DNA of 64,000 nt from Klebsiella phage vB_KpM_FBKp34, in the sequence record MW394390.1; one strand, written 5' to 3'. The notes under the pieces are model-generated. The model was given only the letters and a program-made list of their open reading frames with translations, did no database searches and was not told the DNA's origin. The position numbers and the translations under genes were made by a program. This document shows, piece by piece, positions 37,397 to 47,002 of this stretch (position 1 is the stretch's first letter; each line of letters starts with the position of its first letter).

Positions 37397-37515
37397 TTGT
37401 ATGTCCTTCTTGGTTAAGATAACTCCATCTTACTCTAAAAATATTTCATGTCAAGGGTTGACTTTCTTTTTCGGTTTGATAAGATTGTTGCATACCAAAC
37501 GAGAGGAGAAAAAAG

Positions 37516-37878
37516 ATGCCTATTTACCATGTAACTACTGAAGGTGATGATGAAGGTCGTAGCACTCGCGACCTGGGATATGTTGAAGCAAATAGCCCTG
37601 AACATGCTGTCAAATACTTGAAAAGTATTGGTATCCATGAATATTATGATTACTATGTGGACGTAGCACTGAATGTTGTTCGTAAAGCCGCCCCAGAAGA
37701 AACTCTGAATATGTGGGTAGCCGAACTATCCCTGCGGCCTTACAGCAAAGATTCTTACAAAGGTAAGGTAGTTGAAAACACAGAAGTACGTAAGCGTTGT
37801 CAACAAACTGTTCGAGAAGCAATGAAACGTGCAGGGCTTTCTTATGAAGACGTAGTTAACTTTGGTAAAGGAGAATAA
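37516..37878 (+). CDS. hypothetical protein
   Basis: 120-aa ORF; first gene of + block after TTGAC-containing divergent region. Confidence 0.45.
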   Translation: MPIYHVTTEGDDEGRSTRDLGYVEANSPEHAVKYLKSIGIHEYYDYYVDVALNVVRKAAPEETLNMWVAELSLRPYSKDSYKGKVVENTEVRKRCQQTVREAMKRAGLSYEDVVNFGKGE

Positions 37879-37880
37879 CA

Positions 37881-38252
37881 ATGTATAACCTCACCTGGAC
37901 GCAAGCCCAAGAAGCAATGCGTGAAGGTAAACGTGTAAAAAACTGTCACTTTACTGATGATGAGTGGTTTACAATGCAGGGTTGCTCTATTATAGATGAA
38001 GCTGGATATTCAATGGAAGGTTGGTATCGTGGTGAGCCTTGGCAAGATGTTGGTTGGACAGTTATTGCTGATGAAATAGCAGAACTTACAAAAGATGTAG
38101 AGTTTGTTCTGGACTTTACTAATCTTGAAAAGTATACTCTTAAAAGTATGATAGCTACAACAACTAAAGATAGATCTGATAGTGACTATGCCACTACAAA
38201 AATCTATAAAGGTAAAGGTCATAACAAGCTCCAGAAGAGGAAGAAGAAATGA
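37881..38252 (+). CDS. DUF2829-like phage protein
   Basis: N-terminal W-x-QAQEAMREGKRVKN pattern resembling DUF2829; weak. Confidence 0.35.
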   Translation: MYNLTWTQAQEAMREGKRVKNCHFTDDEWFTMQGCSIIDEAGYSMEGWYRGEPWQDVGWTVIADEIAELTKDVEFVLDFTNLEKYTLKSMIATTTKDRSDSDYATTKIYKGKGHNKLQKRKKK

Positions 38253-38477
38253 AAATATTATATATTGAAGATGTTATGTGCGAGAAATGTTATGGTAGTA
38301 TTTTCTCTGGTGGGTGTATTTGTAAATGACTATCTATCAAAACATGTTTCGTGCTATCATGCGTAAGTATATCGGAAGTAAGGGGTATGCATCCCTTGAT
38401 GGTGGAAACACTTGGTCAGAAAGTGGAACACCAGAGGAGTTGATCAAACGTCTACCTTACTATGTGGAGATTAAATA

Positions 38478-38801
38478 ATGTTTTTATATTTTATTGGAGT
38501 TTTGGTTAGTGGTCTGCTATGGTTTGGTTTAATTAAGCTTCGACAGAAAGGTTTTGGTATAAAGATGCCAAAGTCTTTTGGTGAAGATTCCTTTTTCTTA
38601 GAACCTCTGGATAATAGAAGTGTGAACTATTCTTTAGTTATGATAGGGTTACTGCTATTCTCAATTCTATGGCCTATTGCTTGGGTCTTTCTTTTTTGGT
38701 TATATCTAATGGCATATATAATCGAGTTTGTTCAGTGGTTGTGGAAGAACTCAGTAGGAAATGAGAAATTTGTCAAGAAATTTTTTGGAGTAAGCAAGTG
38801 A
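38478..38801 (+). CDS. integral membrane protein
   Basis: three hydrophobic helices. Confidence 0.45.
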   Translation: MFLYFIGVLVSGLLWFGLIKLRQKGFGIKMPKSFGEDSFFLEPLDNRSVNYSLVMIGLLLFSILWPIAWVFLFWLYLMAYIIEFVQWLWKNSVGNEKFVKKFFGVSK

Positions 38802-39007
38802 CTGACTGGGTTAAAATTAAAGCTACTAAAGAAATTCCTGTAGGAAAGTGGTTAGTCTACATGGAAGATGGAGAATATGGCTATTGTGAAGTAAACAAAA
38901 CTAAAAGTGGTACAATCGCTGTTATAAACGGTCGTTTTTACTTTGACATAGCTAGTGTAGTAGCATACACTTCATTTAACCACTATGAAGGAGGTAAAAA
39001 TGTTTAG
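38798..39007 (+). CDS. hypothetical protein
   Basis: 69-aa ORF. Confidence 0.4.
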   Translation: MTDWVKIKATKEIPVGKWLVYMEDGEYGYCEVNKTKSGTIAVINGRFYFDIASVVAYTSFNHYEGGKNV

Positions 39008-39341
39008 TAACACAGTTCTGGATTCATTGGGAATCTTGCTTAATGCTGGGATCGAGGTCTCAATGCATTATGATCGTGAGAAAAAATTGTGGTATGCTGA
39101 CCTTAACACTGGGGCAAAAAGTCACATGCATTTGTATGATGATGGAAAAATCATCACATTAGAAAAACGTTATAATGAAAAAGATCAATTAAATTATGAG
39201 TTTGATAATTCGATGGAAGATATCTTGAACTTTTATTGTTGTAATTTTGTATCATGTATCAAAGGACGATCTTTTGCTAATGAAAATTGGGTTGCTTTTG
39301 CAAAAGAACGAGGTTATACTGCTGTCTTCGGAATTAATTAA
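38985..39341 (+). CDS. hypothetical protein
   Basis: 118-aa ORF. Confidence 0.45.
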   Translation: MKEVKMFSNTVLDSLGILLNAGIEVSMHYDREKKLWYADLNTGAKSHMHLYDDGKIITLEKRYNEKDQLNYEFDNSMEDILNFYCCNFVSCIKGRSFANENWVAFAKERGYTAVFGIN

Positions 39342-39350
39342 GGAGACCAA

Positions 39351-39587
39351 ATGTTAAATTCATTATATGTAAAAGACTATAATGACAATGTTTATACAAA
39401 AGTTGTAGCTGTCCTTCTGATCAATAATGTACCAACCTATATCGACGCCTACGGTGAAGGATATGAAGTGGGTGTTGCACATGTTATTGATATTGATCAC
39501 ATAGTTGATCCATATTTAGGTATTGAATGGCATGATAATGGGTTAACTTTTAAAACTTATGAACGGAAATATCCAAGGGAGCTTTAA
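39351..39587 (+). CDS. hypothetical protein
   Basis: 78-aa ORF. Confidence 0.4.
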   Translation: MLNSLYVKDYNDNVYTKVVAVLLINNVPTYIDAYGEGYEVGVAHVIDIDHIVDPYLGIEWHDNGLTFKTYERKYPREL

Positions 39588-39589
39588 TA

Positions 39590-40288
39590 ATGCAAGTTAA
39601 AAATTTAAAACCTTTAATCACAGAAAGTTCACATGCAGGGGATGTTTCACAAAAGATTAGTCATCCTGCATATGGACTAATTTCTGTTACACGTCCGATG
39701 GGTGGCAGAAAAGAAATGTTTGGTTCTGATTTACGTCATGACAACACTGTGACAATCCGAATATCTAATGCTATTGAAGAACGTTCATTAGGACGTTCCT
39801 GGTACTATGAGAAAGGTCAAATCATTGAATTGGATATGACTGAAGCACAGTGGGCTAAGTTTGTCTCCTCACATGGTATGTCGGGAACACCGGTTACTTT
39901 ACGATATATCCGCGAAGAAGGTCAAATTCCTTGGATTGAATCTCAGAATAGCAAAGCAGATTACTCAGAAAAAGAATTTGAACGTGTTATTAAGAACAAT
40001 ATGCAGTACGCTCAAGATGCTTTAAATGAAGTTAAAGAACTCATTGCCAAGGGTAAAGCAGGTAAAAAGGATTTAGAGAATCTTGAAAAGGTTCTTTGGC
40101 GTATTGTTGAACGTTTCCCAGATAGTGCAGCGTTTGCAGTAAGAGCTTTCAAAGAAGAAACTGAAGAAATGGTAGAAGGTGCTAAAATTGAGATTGAAGC
40201 CTCTTTATCAGCTTTGGTGCAAAATACAGGTATTGAAGCTTTAGGTATTAAAAACTGGAATAAACTTGAGGATAAATCTGATGAGTAA
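39590..40288 (+). CDS. hypothetical protein
   Basis: 232-aa ORF. Confidence 0.5.
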   Translation: MQVKNLKPLITESSHAGDVSQKISHPAYGLISVTRPMGGRKEMFGSDLRHDNTVTIRISNAIEERSLGRSWYYEKGQIIELDMTEAQWAKFVSSHGMSGTPVTLRYIREEGQIPWIESQNSKADYSEKEFERVIKNNMQYAQDALNEVKELIAKGKAGKKDLENLEKVLWRIVERFPDSAAFAVRAFKEETEEMVEGAKIEIEASLSALVQNTGIEALGIKNWNKLEDKSDE

Positions 40289-41237
40289 GATTGTAATGGA
40301 AACCATCTTTGGTTCACATTTATATGGTCTGAATACCCCTAACAGTGATACAGATTACAAAGGAATTTTTATTCCTGATGCAAAAGATATTCTCTTAGGA
40401 AAAGCTCCTAAAACAATTCAATCATCTACAGGTGATAAACACTCAAAGAATACAAAAGATGACATTGATCGCTAAATGTTTAGTTTGAGTAAATTCATCA
40501 GTCTTGCTTGTGAAGGTGATACAGTAGCTATCGACATGATTCATGCTGATGATAGTAAGCTCGTAACCAATTCTGAAACGTGGCAATATATTCGTGACAA
40601 TCGTCACCGTTTTTATACTAAAAAGCTGACAGGACTTTTTGGTTATGTAAGGAAACAAGCATCTAAGTATGGAATTAAAGGCTCCAGGCTTGCAGCATTA
40701 CGTGAAGTTGTAGAATATATTAAGACAATAGATGATTCTAAAAAGGTTGGTGATTTCAAAGAATATTTTCCACTCAATGAGTTTGCATATTGGATCTTTG
40801 CTACGGATAAAAATGGTGTAAATCAAATCTTTTATGAAGTTCTTGGAAGAAAGTTTCAACAAACAGTCTCAGTAAAAGAAATGAAAACATCTTTATTTAA
40901 ACTGTGGGAAGAATATGGTGATAGAGCACGTTTGGCTGAGGCTAATCAAGGTGTGGATTGGAAAGCTCTGAGCCACGCTCTTCGTGGTGGATATCAACTT
41001 ATTAACATTTATAAGCATGGTGATCTTGTTTATCCTATGGAACAAAATCCCTTGATTTTATCTGTTAAGACTGGTAACATGCCTTTCAATGAGGTTCAGG
41101 AAGAACTTGAGAAGGTTGTACAGGAAGTTGAAATTTTAGCAGAAAACTCTCATTATCCTTCTTCAGTAGATAAGGAATTTTGGGAAGATTTTCTAGAAGA
41201 GGTTTATTCAGAACATATTCTTGGAGCATATTTGTGA
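40281..41237 (+). CDS. nucleotidyltransferase-like protein interrupted by an in-frame TAA (40473-40475)
   Basis: N-terminal ETIFGSHLYGLNTPNSDTDYKGIF (GS-x9-DxD minimal NTase motif) continues in the same frame after TAA into a 253-aa C-terminal part. Confidence 0.5.
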
Positions 41238-41251
41238 CTAATGAATACCAG

Positions 41252-41515
41252 ATGCCTTACAGAATTCATGAGATTGTCTTAGTAGATGGGATAGAAGCTA
41301 CTATCCGGGATATCTATAATAAGACTGTTAGAATCAAAGGAGAAGGCACTGAAGAAGACTCTTTCATGACAGTCTGGAGTTATCGTATTCATGAAAAGCC
41401 TTGGTGGGGCCAGGATGTTCTCCCACATAGAATTGAAAAACTTAACGGCGAACTGAGATTTGAGGAAAAGACCTATGCTAAACCCACAACAAAAGCATTT
41501 CTTCCTTACGAATGA
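41252..41515 (+). CDS. hypothetical protein
   Basis: internal ATG of track ORF 41180..41515. Confidence 0.4.
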   Translation: MPYRIHEIVLVDGIEATIRDIYNKTVRIKGEGTEEDSFMTVWSYRIHEKPWWGQDVLPHRIEKLNGELRFEEKTYAKPTTKAFLPYE

Positions 41516-41699
41516 GGATTATAGTGATACTAAAACTTTTAACCTTGAGCAGTTACTATTAGAGCAATCTAATAATAACGTAGGTGAGATGTTTGTTTTG
41601 CTGGTTACAAATTTGTTTGAAAGAAAATTGTTGACAAAAGACGATCTGGCAGATATGATGGGCATCTCCCATTCCCAATTAGAAGAGGCACCTTGGTAA
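41460..41699 (+). CDS. hypothetical protein
   Basis: 79-aa ORF. Confidence 0.35.
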   Translation: MRKRPMLNPQQKHFFLTNEDYSDTKTFNLEQLLLEQSNNNVGEMFVLLVTNLFERKLLTKDDLADMMGISHSQLEEAPW

Positions 41700-42076
41700 T
41701 GAATAAAAATAAAAAACTAATTAAAGCTTTGAACACTTTTAGAAATGAACTTATTAGAGATTTGCATTCCTTTCGAAAATGTTCGGTGAACAGGAAAAAG
41801 ATGGATCAAAGTTATTTCAGTAAAACTTGTAATAAGATTAAACTTGAAATTAAAGAAGTTGATAAGTTAATCGAAGAAGCAAAGTTACAGAAAGAAAAGA
41901 ATTTCTTCGACTTGCGCCCGCAATGTTCAAGTATTGAAAGTGGACCAGAGCCAAGCATCACGATGCTTCTTGAAGACTACTATCGGGAATACTTTCCTGA
42001 AGATTATAAGAAGATGGCAAAAGATTATTTAGATAAACTTATGGAGATGAAGGATGCAGAACAAGTTAGTCTATAA
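41693..42076 (+). CDS. hypothetical protein
   Basis: 127-aa ORF. Confidence 0.45.
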   Translation: MVMNKNKKLIKALNTFRNELIRDLHSFRKCSVNRKKMDQSYFSKTCNKIKLEIKEVDKLIEEAKLQKEKNFFDLRPQCSSIESGPEPSITMLLEDYYREYFPEDYKKMAKDYLDKLMEMKDAEQVSL

Positions 42077-42090
42077 AGTTGGAGATTTGA

Positions 42091-42753
42091 TTGAAACAAA
42101 AACTTGTACATAACTATGGCATTAATGATAGTGTAGACCCTGTCTCTATAAATAGATTTGAAGATGGTAAATGGAAGCAAATTTGGCTCTGTCCGATATA
42201 TAGCCGATGGAAAGACATTCTTAGAAGATGTTATAATTTAAAACAAAAAGATCCATATTATTTTGTCTATGAAGGTTGTACTGTAAGTGAAGAGTGGAAA
42301 TACTTTTCAAATTTTAAAGCTTGGGCCATATCTAAGGATTTTGATAATTTATGCATTGATAAGGATATATTAATTAAAGGTAATAAGCTTTATAGTAAAG
42401 AGACTTGCGTTATGGTTCCGAACTATATTAACTGCCTATTAACAGATAGTAGATCTGCAAGAGGACACCTCCCACTAGGGGTAAGTCTTAAAAAGAAGAA
42501 AAAGCCTCATCATAGGGATAGGTTCCAAGCTTATTGTCATGTATCTGGTAAGATTGTTTATCTAGGTTATCATAACTCACCAGACCTTGCTCATAAACAG
42601 TGGCAAGATTATAAAATTATTGCAATCAAGGAAAGCTTACAAAAATATAAAGAATCTGCACACTTTAATAAGGTTGTTGAAACTGCCTTACTTGATAGGA
42701 TCCAAGATATAAAAGAAGATATAAGTTTAAATAGAGAGACATTAAAATTATAG
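42091..42753 (+). CDS. putative homing endonuclease with AP2 DNA-binding domain
   Basis: GVSLKKKKKPHHRDRFQAYCHVSGKIVYLGYHNSPDLAHKQW = AP2-type domain. Confidence 0.5.
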   Translation: MKQKLVHNYGINDSVDPVSINRFEDGKWKQIWLCPIYSRWKDILRRCYNLKQKDPYYFVYEGCTVSEEWKYFSNFKAWAISKDFDNLCIDKDILIKGNKLYSKETCVMVPNYINCLLTDSRSARGHLPLGVSLKKKKKPHHRDRFQAYCHVSGKIVYLGYHNSPDLAHKQWQDYKIIAIKESLQKYKESAHFNKVVETALLDRIQDIKEDISLNRETLKL

Positions 42754-42761
42754 GGGGTAAT

Positions 42762-43277
42762 ATGTTGAAATATAAAGTGATGGATTTGTTATTGGCTGCA
42801 AAAAGTGGAGAAGTAAATGTTATTGCACAACAATGTAACTGTTTTAATGCACGTAAACGTGGGATTGCCCCACTTTTAGATAAAGCTTTCCCGGAAGTCG
42901 CTATTGCAGATGATTCAACTATTAAAGGAGACCCTAAAAAATTTGGAGATTTCTCATATGCCCATTCTCCATTGTATAATTTAAGTATTTATAATTTATA
43001 CGGACAGTGGGGTTGGTGGAAACGTGAGGATGGAAAACCAAATACAGATTTAGATAAGCTTGAATCTTCTTTCAAAGCTATGTCTAAACAGCTAATGCTT
43101 TTTGAAAATCAGGATCTTAAAATTGGACTTCCCAAACTTGGTGCAGGTCTTGGAGGAGCAGAGTGGTCTTCTGTTGAAGATATTATCAAAAAGACATTGT
43201 GTGAAGCCGGGTACAATGTTACCATCTATGTACTTGATGAAGCTGAAATCCCTGAAAATGCCACTGTGATCAAATAA
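42762..43277 (+). CDS. macro domain protein (ADP-ribose binding/hydrolase)
   Basis: VIAQQCNCFNARKRGIAPLL and GLPKLGAGLGGAEW motifs. Confidence 0.65.
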   Translation: MLKYKVMDLLLAAKSGEVNVIAQQCNCFNARKRGIAPLLDKAFPEVAIADDSTIKGDPKKFGDFSYAHSPLYNLSIYNLYGQWGWWKREDGKPNTDLDKLESSFKAMSKQLMLFENQDLKIGLPKLGAGLGGAEWSSVEDIIKKTLCEAGYNVTIYVLDEAEIPENATVIK

Positions 43278-43286
43278 GAGGTCTAT

Positions 43287-44216
43287 ATGAAGTTAGACGA
43301 ACAAGAACTCAAAAAACGTTTTGAATCTAAGAAAAAAGATGCCAGGAAGCGTGGTATTGATTTCAAATTAACCATTGAAGATATGAAAGCACTTTTCTTA
43401 CGTAATGAGGGTAAGTGTGATTATACTGGTGTTACCTTTGATGAGGATAAACATAAGATATCCATTGAACGTTTAGATGATAAACTCGGTTATGAACGAG
43501 GAAATGTTTGTTTAACTTCAGTAGCAGTAAATAGAATAAAAGATTATGCTCTTGACAAAACCGAAGTACAAGTAGTAAGGATCAATGAAACTTCTGAAGC
43601 AATTTTACGAGTAGTTCAAGAGAAAGTTACACCAGAGTATAAAAGGTTTTTATCTTATAAATACAACCATTTAATTAAATTTGAATCTAATGTTTATAAA
43701 AATTATTTTAAAGGTATTGACTATACAAATTTTTATGATAACTTGAATGGTGTCTTAACACAAAAAATTGAACTATCACGTAATGATCAAGGAGTCCTGA
43801 AGATGTCAGATAAACAGATTGCCCCAGATGTACGCATTGCCTCTTACTATTCTGATATGGCTAAACATGCCTCTGCGGAAAAGAAAGAGTTTACAGTTAG
43901 TTTTGCAGAGTTTAAAGCTAAGTTTTCAGGAACTAAGTGCAAATTAACAGGAGAGACAATTGAACTGTCTCAAAAAGTCTTTATCCTGTTAGACCAAACC
44001 CAGGGTTATACTAAAGATAACATAGTGCTTGTAGGTAAAGAGGTGGGTTCAAAGATGGTAGAAGCTAGTAAGCTCTTAGGAATGTCTATTCCAGAGATGG
44101 CTAAGAATCTTAATCCTTTTGTCAAGAACTATGTACCAAAAAAGAAACCTGTACCCAAAACCCCGCTTGTATCTTTAAGCTCTATTATGAAAAGTAAAAG
44201 TGGAGATAAGAAGTGA
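43287..44216 (+). CDS. protein with two tandem degenerate HNH-like (His-Me finger) repeats
   Basis: CDYTGVTF...IERLDDKLGYERGNVCLTSVAVNRIK and CKLTGETI...LDQTQGYTKDNIVLV. Confidence 0.45.
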   Translation: MKLDEQELKKRFESKKKDARKRGIDFKLTIEDMKALFLRNEGKCDYTGVTFDEDKHKISIERLDDKLGYERGNVCLTSVAVNRIKDYALDKTEVQVVRINETSEAILRVVQEKVTPEYKRFLSYKYNHLIKFESNVYKNYFKGIDYTNFYDNLNGVLTQKIELSRNDQGVLKMSDKQIAPDVRIASYYSDMAKHASAEKKEFTVSFAEFKAKFSGTKCKLTGETIELSQKVFILLDQTQGYTKDNIVLVGKEVGSKMVEASKLLGMSIPEMAKNLNPFVKNYVPKKKPVPKTPLVSLSSIMKSKSGDKK

Positions 44217-44392
44217 TTACAGTAATTAGTTATATTGTCTTAAGACACTTATTTCAAGAAGATTATCCTGGATGGTTGTTATTCCTTCCGGTGGTATTGG
44301 ACTTAACTTTAATTGATCGTATAGGTAAATAGCATATGTATAGAGGTTATGTTTTAAAAAATGAATTTGTTAATAAAATTTTAGGAGAAGAA

Positions 44393-44746
44393 ATGAATAA
44401 AGAAATTAAAGTAGCAAAACCACGTTTTCACAAGAAGCGTAAACCAGTCCCAGTTCGTAAGAAAACTGACATTACCGTTTACTATTCCACAGGGGAAAAA
44501 TATACCATTAAAAATGTAAAAGCTTTATGTGTTAAAGGTGATACTATCTGCATTGGTTTGACTCCAGAGGTTAAAAATGGATATTTTGAGGGAAATTCTT
44601 TTGGTTTCACTACTGGAAATGTGGATTCTTTCCTTGTAAAAACACCAAAAGGAAGTTATACTCTTGATTCTGTTGGAGACAATGAGTTTATTCTGACTCA
44701 AGAAGGTTCTGTTATGACTCTGACGGAGCTAAATCAGACCTTTTAA
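44393..44746 (+). CDS. hypothetical protein
   Basis: ATG with aggaga RBS (track ORF starts earlier at 44336). Confidence 0.45.
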   Translation: MNKEIKVAKPRFHKKRKPVPVRKKTDITVYYSTGEKYTIKNVKALCVKGDTICIGLTPEVKNGYFEGNSFGFTTGNVDSFLVKTPKGSYTLDSVGDNEFILTQEGSVMTLTELNQTF

Positions 44747-44758
44747 GGGAGGTATATT

Positions 44759-45196
44759 GTGAGTGTTGATCATAAAGTGTTTGTTTGTTGTTCAAAAGAT
44801 AAAGCCCTTGAAGTATATGGGGCTGTATTAACAGCACTGAGAGAATTTTATCGAAATAGGATTGCAAAGTTACGTTCTCAGTATAATTGCAATACTGTAC
44901 ATGAACTTCCAGAAGAAATTAAGTCAAAACTAAATAATGTTGACATAACCTCTTCTGATTTTAAGCACTTTTGGATCTATTTTAGTACAGAGGAAGAATC
45001 TAGGAACATCTTTATGTCACACTCGTGTTCTTCAGATTATAAAGAGATTTATGATGGGGAGAAGATTATCTTTAGTATAGGTCACTGGGGAGACCACCAA
45101 ATCTATATGGATATTATTAAAGATGCAATTAAAGACTTTGGTGACGTTTATGAAGATGTCAACGATTGCGATGATATTGATTTTGAAAAGGTATAA
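44759..45196 (+). CDS. hypothetical protein (GTG start)
   Basis: aagggagg RBS. Confidence 0.45.
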   Translation: MSVDHKVFVCCSKDKALEVYGAVLTALREFYRNRIAKLRSQYNCNTVHELPEEIKSKLNNVDITSSDFKHFWIYFSTEEESRNIFMSHSCSSDYKEIYDGEKIIFSIGHWGDHQIYMDIIKDAIKDFGDVYEDVNDCDDIDFEKV

Positions 45197-45223
45197 TTGT
45201 AGTACTAATTAGAGGAGTAATTT

Positions 45224-45661
45224 ATGAATCCACTGTTTGATAAAATTAATGATTGGTTTGAAGATCTTAAGGAATATGCTGAAAACTCTCCCAAAGAGTT
45301 TCTTAAAGATATGGAATATATTTTAGATTCTAGCTTCTTTGAAGAAGTTTATGAGAAACTTGATACTGTTCGAAGCTCTTTGGATGACCTCCGTGAAGAA
45401 GTTGAAGCTAAAGTAGCACCTGAGTTTCGTGTTGAAAAACTTCATAAGTTGATTAAGCTTGTTGAAATTACAGATTTGAAAGGGAAATATGTTCGAGATG
45501 GATTTGAAGAAGATCTTTTTCTGAACCACAAAGATAAGATCCGTCCTCCAGTCAATACCCACCAAGTTGGAGACGTATTCCAAATTGAAGAGGTCGAAGC
45601 ACTCCTCGGTTCAACTGTTCTTAATAAAGAAGCTGTGTTGAAACTTCTGGAAAAACTTTAA
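45224..45661 (+). CDS. hypothetical acidic protein
   Basis: 145-aa ORF. Confidence 0.45.
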   Translation: MNPLFDKINDWFEDLKEYAENSPKEFLKDMEYILDSSFFEEVYEKLDTVRSSLDDLREEVEAKVAPEFRVEKLHKLIKLVEITDLKGKYVRDGFEEDLFLNHKDKIRPPVNTHQVGDVFQIEEVEALLGSTVLNKEAVLKLLEKL

Positions 45662-45680
45662 GGGCGAAAGCCCTTTTATT
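45661..45680 (+). terminator. rho-independent terminator AGGGC-GAAA-GCCCT + TTTTATT
   Basis: seen. Confidence 0.6.
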
Positions 45681-45698
45681 CACTTAACAGGGGGTGAA

Positions 45699-46985
45699 AT
45701 GTCTGAGAGTAAAATGCTAATCATGTTTGATTCAAAGAATAATAACAATAAATTCTATGAAGCAACCTTAGATGACGTTGGAAATATTGCAGTTCGTTTT
45801 GGTCGGGTAGGTGGCGGGGTTCAAACTACCTCCTACTCTGGTGGTAAAAAGAAGTTTGACAGTCTTGTTGCATCTAAAATCAAGAAAGGTTATAAAGAAG
45901 CACAACTAGAAGCTGTCTCTGGTGAAACTGGGTTGACTCAAAAAGTTAACGTAGTAGACATTGCACTTAAGCAAATTGATTGTAAAGACGACACAAGTCG
46001 TAATCTTATTCAAGCAATTGCTAAAGCAAACATTCATAATATCACCAGTTCTACCAACATTAAATATGATGAAAAAGATGGTCTGTTTAAGTCTCCTTTA
46101 GGAGTTGTAAAGAAAGCTGCTGTGGAAGAAGCAATGATCCATCTTGGTAATATTGAATCCCTTTTGGATGAATATGAAAAGAGTGGTAAAGGTGAAGATG
46201 AGATCTTAACTTTAAATGATTCTTATTTTGTTCTTATTCCTAATAAAGTTGCAACTACACGTGATAAACGTCACTTGTTGTTTAGTCAGAAAAAGATTGA
46301 TGAACAACGTGAAATTTGTAAAGCACTTCTGGAAACCTTAGACCTTATTGAAGAACTTAAGAAGAATCAGGAAGATAAACCTAAAGAAGAAGTTGAAGTA
46401 GAAAAAATCTTTAATTTTGGTATCTCTCATGTTGAAGATTCTGCTACAATTGATCGTATTGTTAAGTACTACAATGAAAGTAAAAATGCCCAACACGGCG
46501 GTCGCATCATGGGTTCTAAGGTTAAAAATATCTATAAAATTAATCTTGGAAATCAACAAGCACCATTTGATAAAGCCATTACTAAGTATGGAAATGTTCA
46601 TGAACTGTGGCATGGAACACGTGTAGCTAATTTGTTATCTATTTTCTGTAAAGGTTTGATGATGCCTAAGCAATCACCAGGGCAGAAAGCTGGTGCAATG
46701 TTTGCAGACGGTATATATTTCGCTAACCAAAGTTCTAAGAGCATCAACTATTGTGACGGCGGGTACTGGACAGGCGGTTCTGGTAGTGGTAAGGTATACA
46801 TGTTCCTAGCTTCAGTGGCTGTCGGAAATGCTTATACACCTAGAGGTCCAACGAGTCAATTGCCTCCGAAAGGTTATCATTCATATTGGGCGAAGGCTGG
46901 TTACTCTGGAGTCAGAAATGATGAAATCATTGTTTTTGATCTGAGTCAGATTCGTTTAGATTACTTACTTGAAATTGAATATTAA
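45699..46985 (+). CDS. WGR domain + poly(ADP-ribose) polymerase catalytic domain protein
   Basis: N-terminal KFYEATLDD...FGRVGGGVQ...KIKKGY (WGR); C-terminal ELWHGTR, GIYFANQ, NDEIIVFDLSQIRLDYLLEI = PARP H-Y-E triad. Confidence 0.85.
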   Translation: MSESKMLIMFDSKNNNNKFYEATLDDVGNIAVRFGRVGGGVQTTSYSGGKKKFDSLVASKIKKGYKEAQLEAVSGETGLTQKVNVVDIALKQIDCKDDTSRNLIQAIAKANIHNITSSTNIKYDEKDGLFKSPLGVVKKAAVEEAMIHLGNIESLLDEYEKSGKGEDEILTLNDSYFVLIPNKVATTRDKRHLLFSQKKIDEQREICKALLETLDLIEELKKNQEDKPKEEVEVEKIFNFGISHVEDSATIDRIVKYYNESKNAQHGGRIMGSKVKNIYKINLGNQQAPFDKAITKYGNVHELWHGTRVANLLSIFCKGLMMPKQSPGQKAGAMFADGIYFANQSSKSINYCDGGYWTGGSGSGKVYMFLASVAVGNAYTPRGPTSQLPPKGYHSYWAKAGYSGVRNDEIIVFDLSQIRLDYLLEIEY

Positions 46986-47002
46986 AATATAAGGAGTGAT
47001 AG

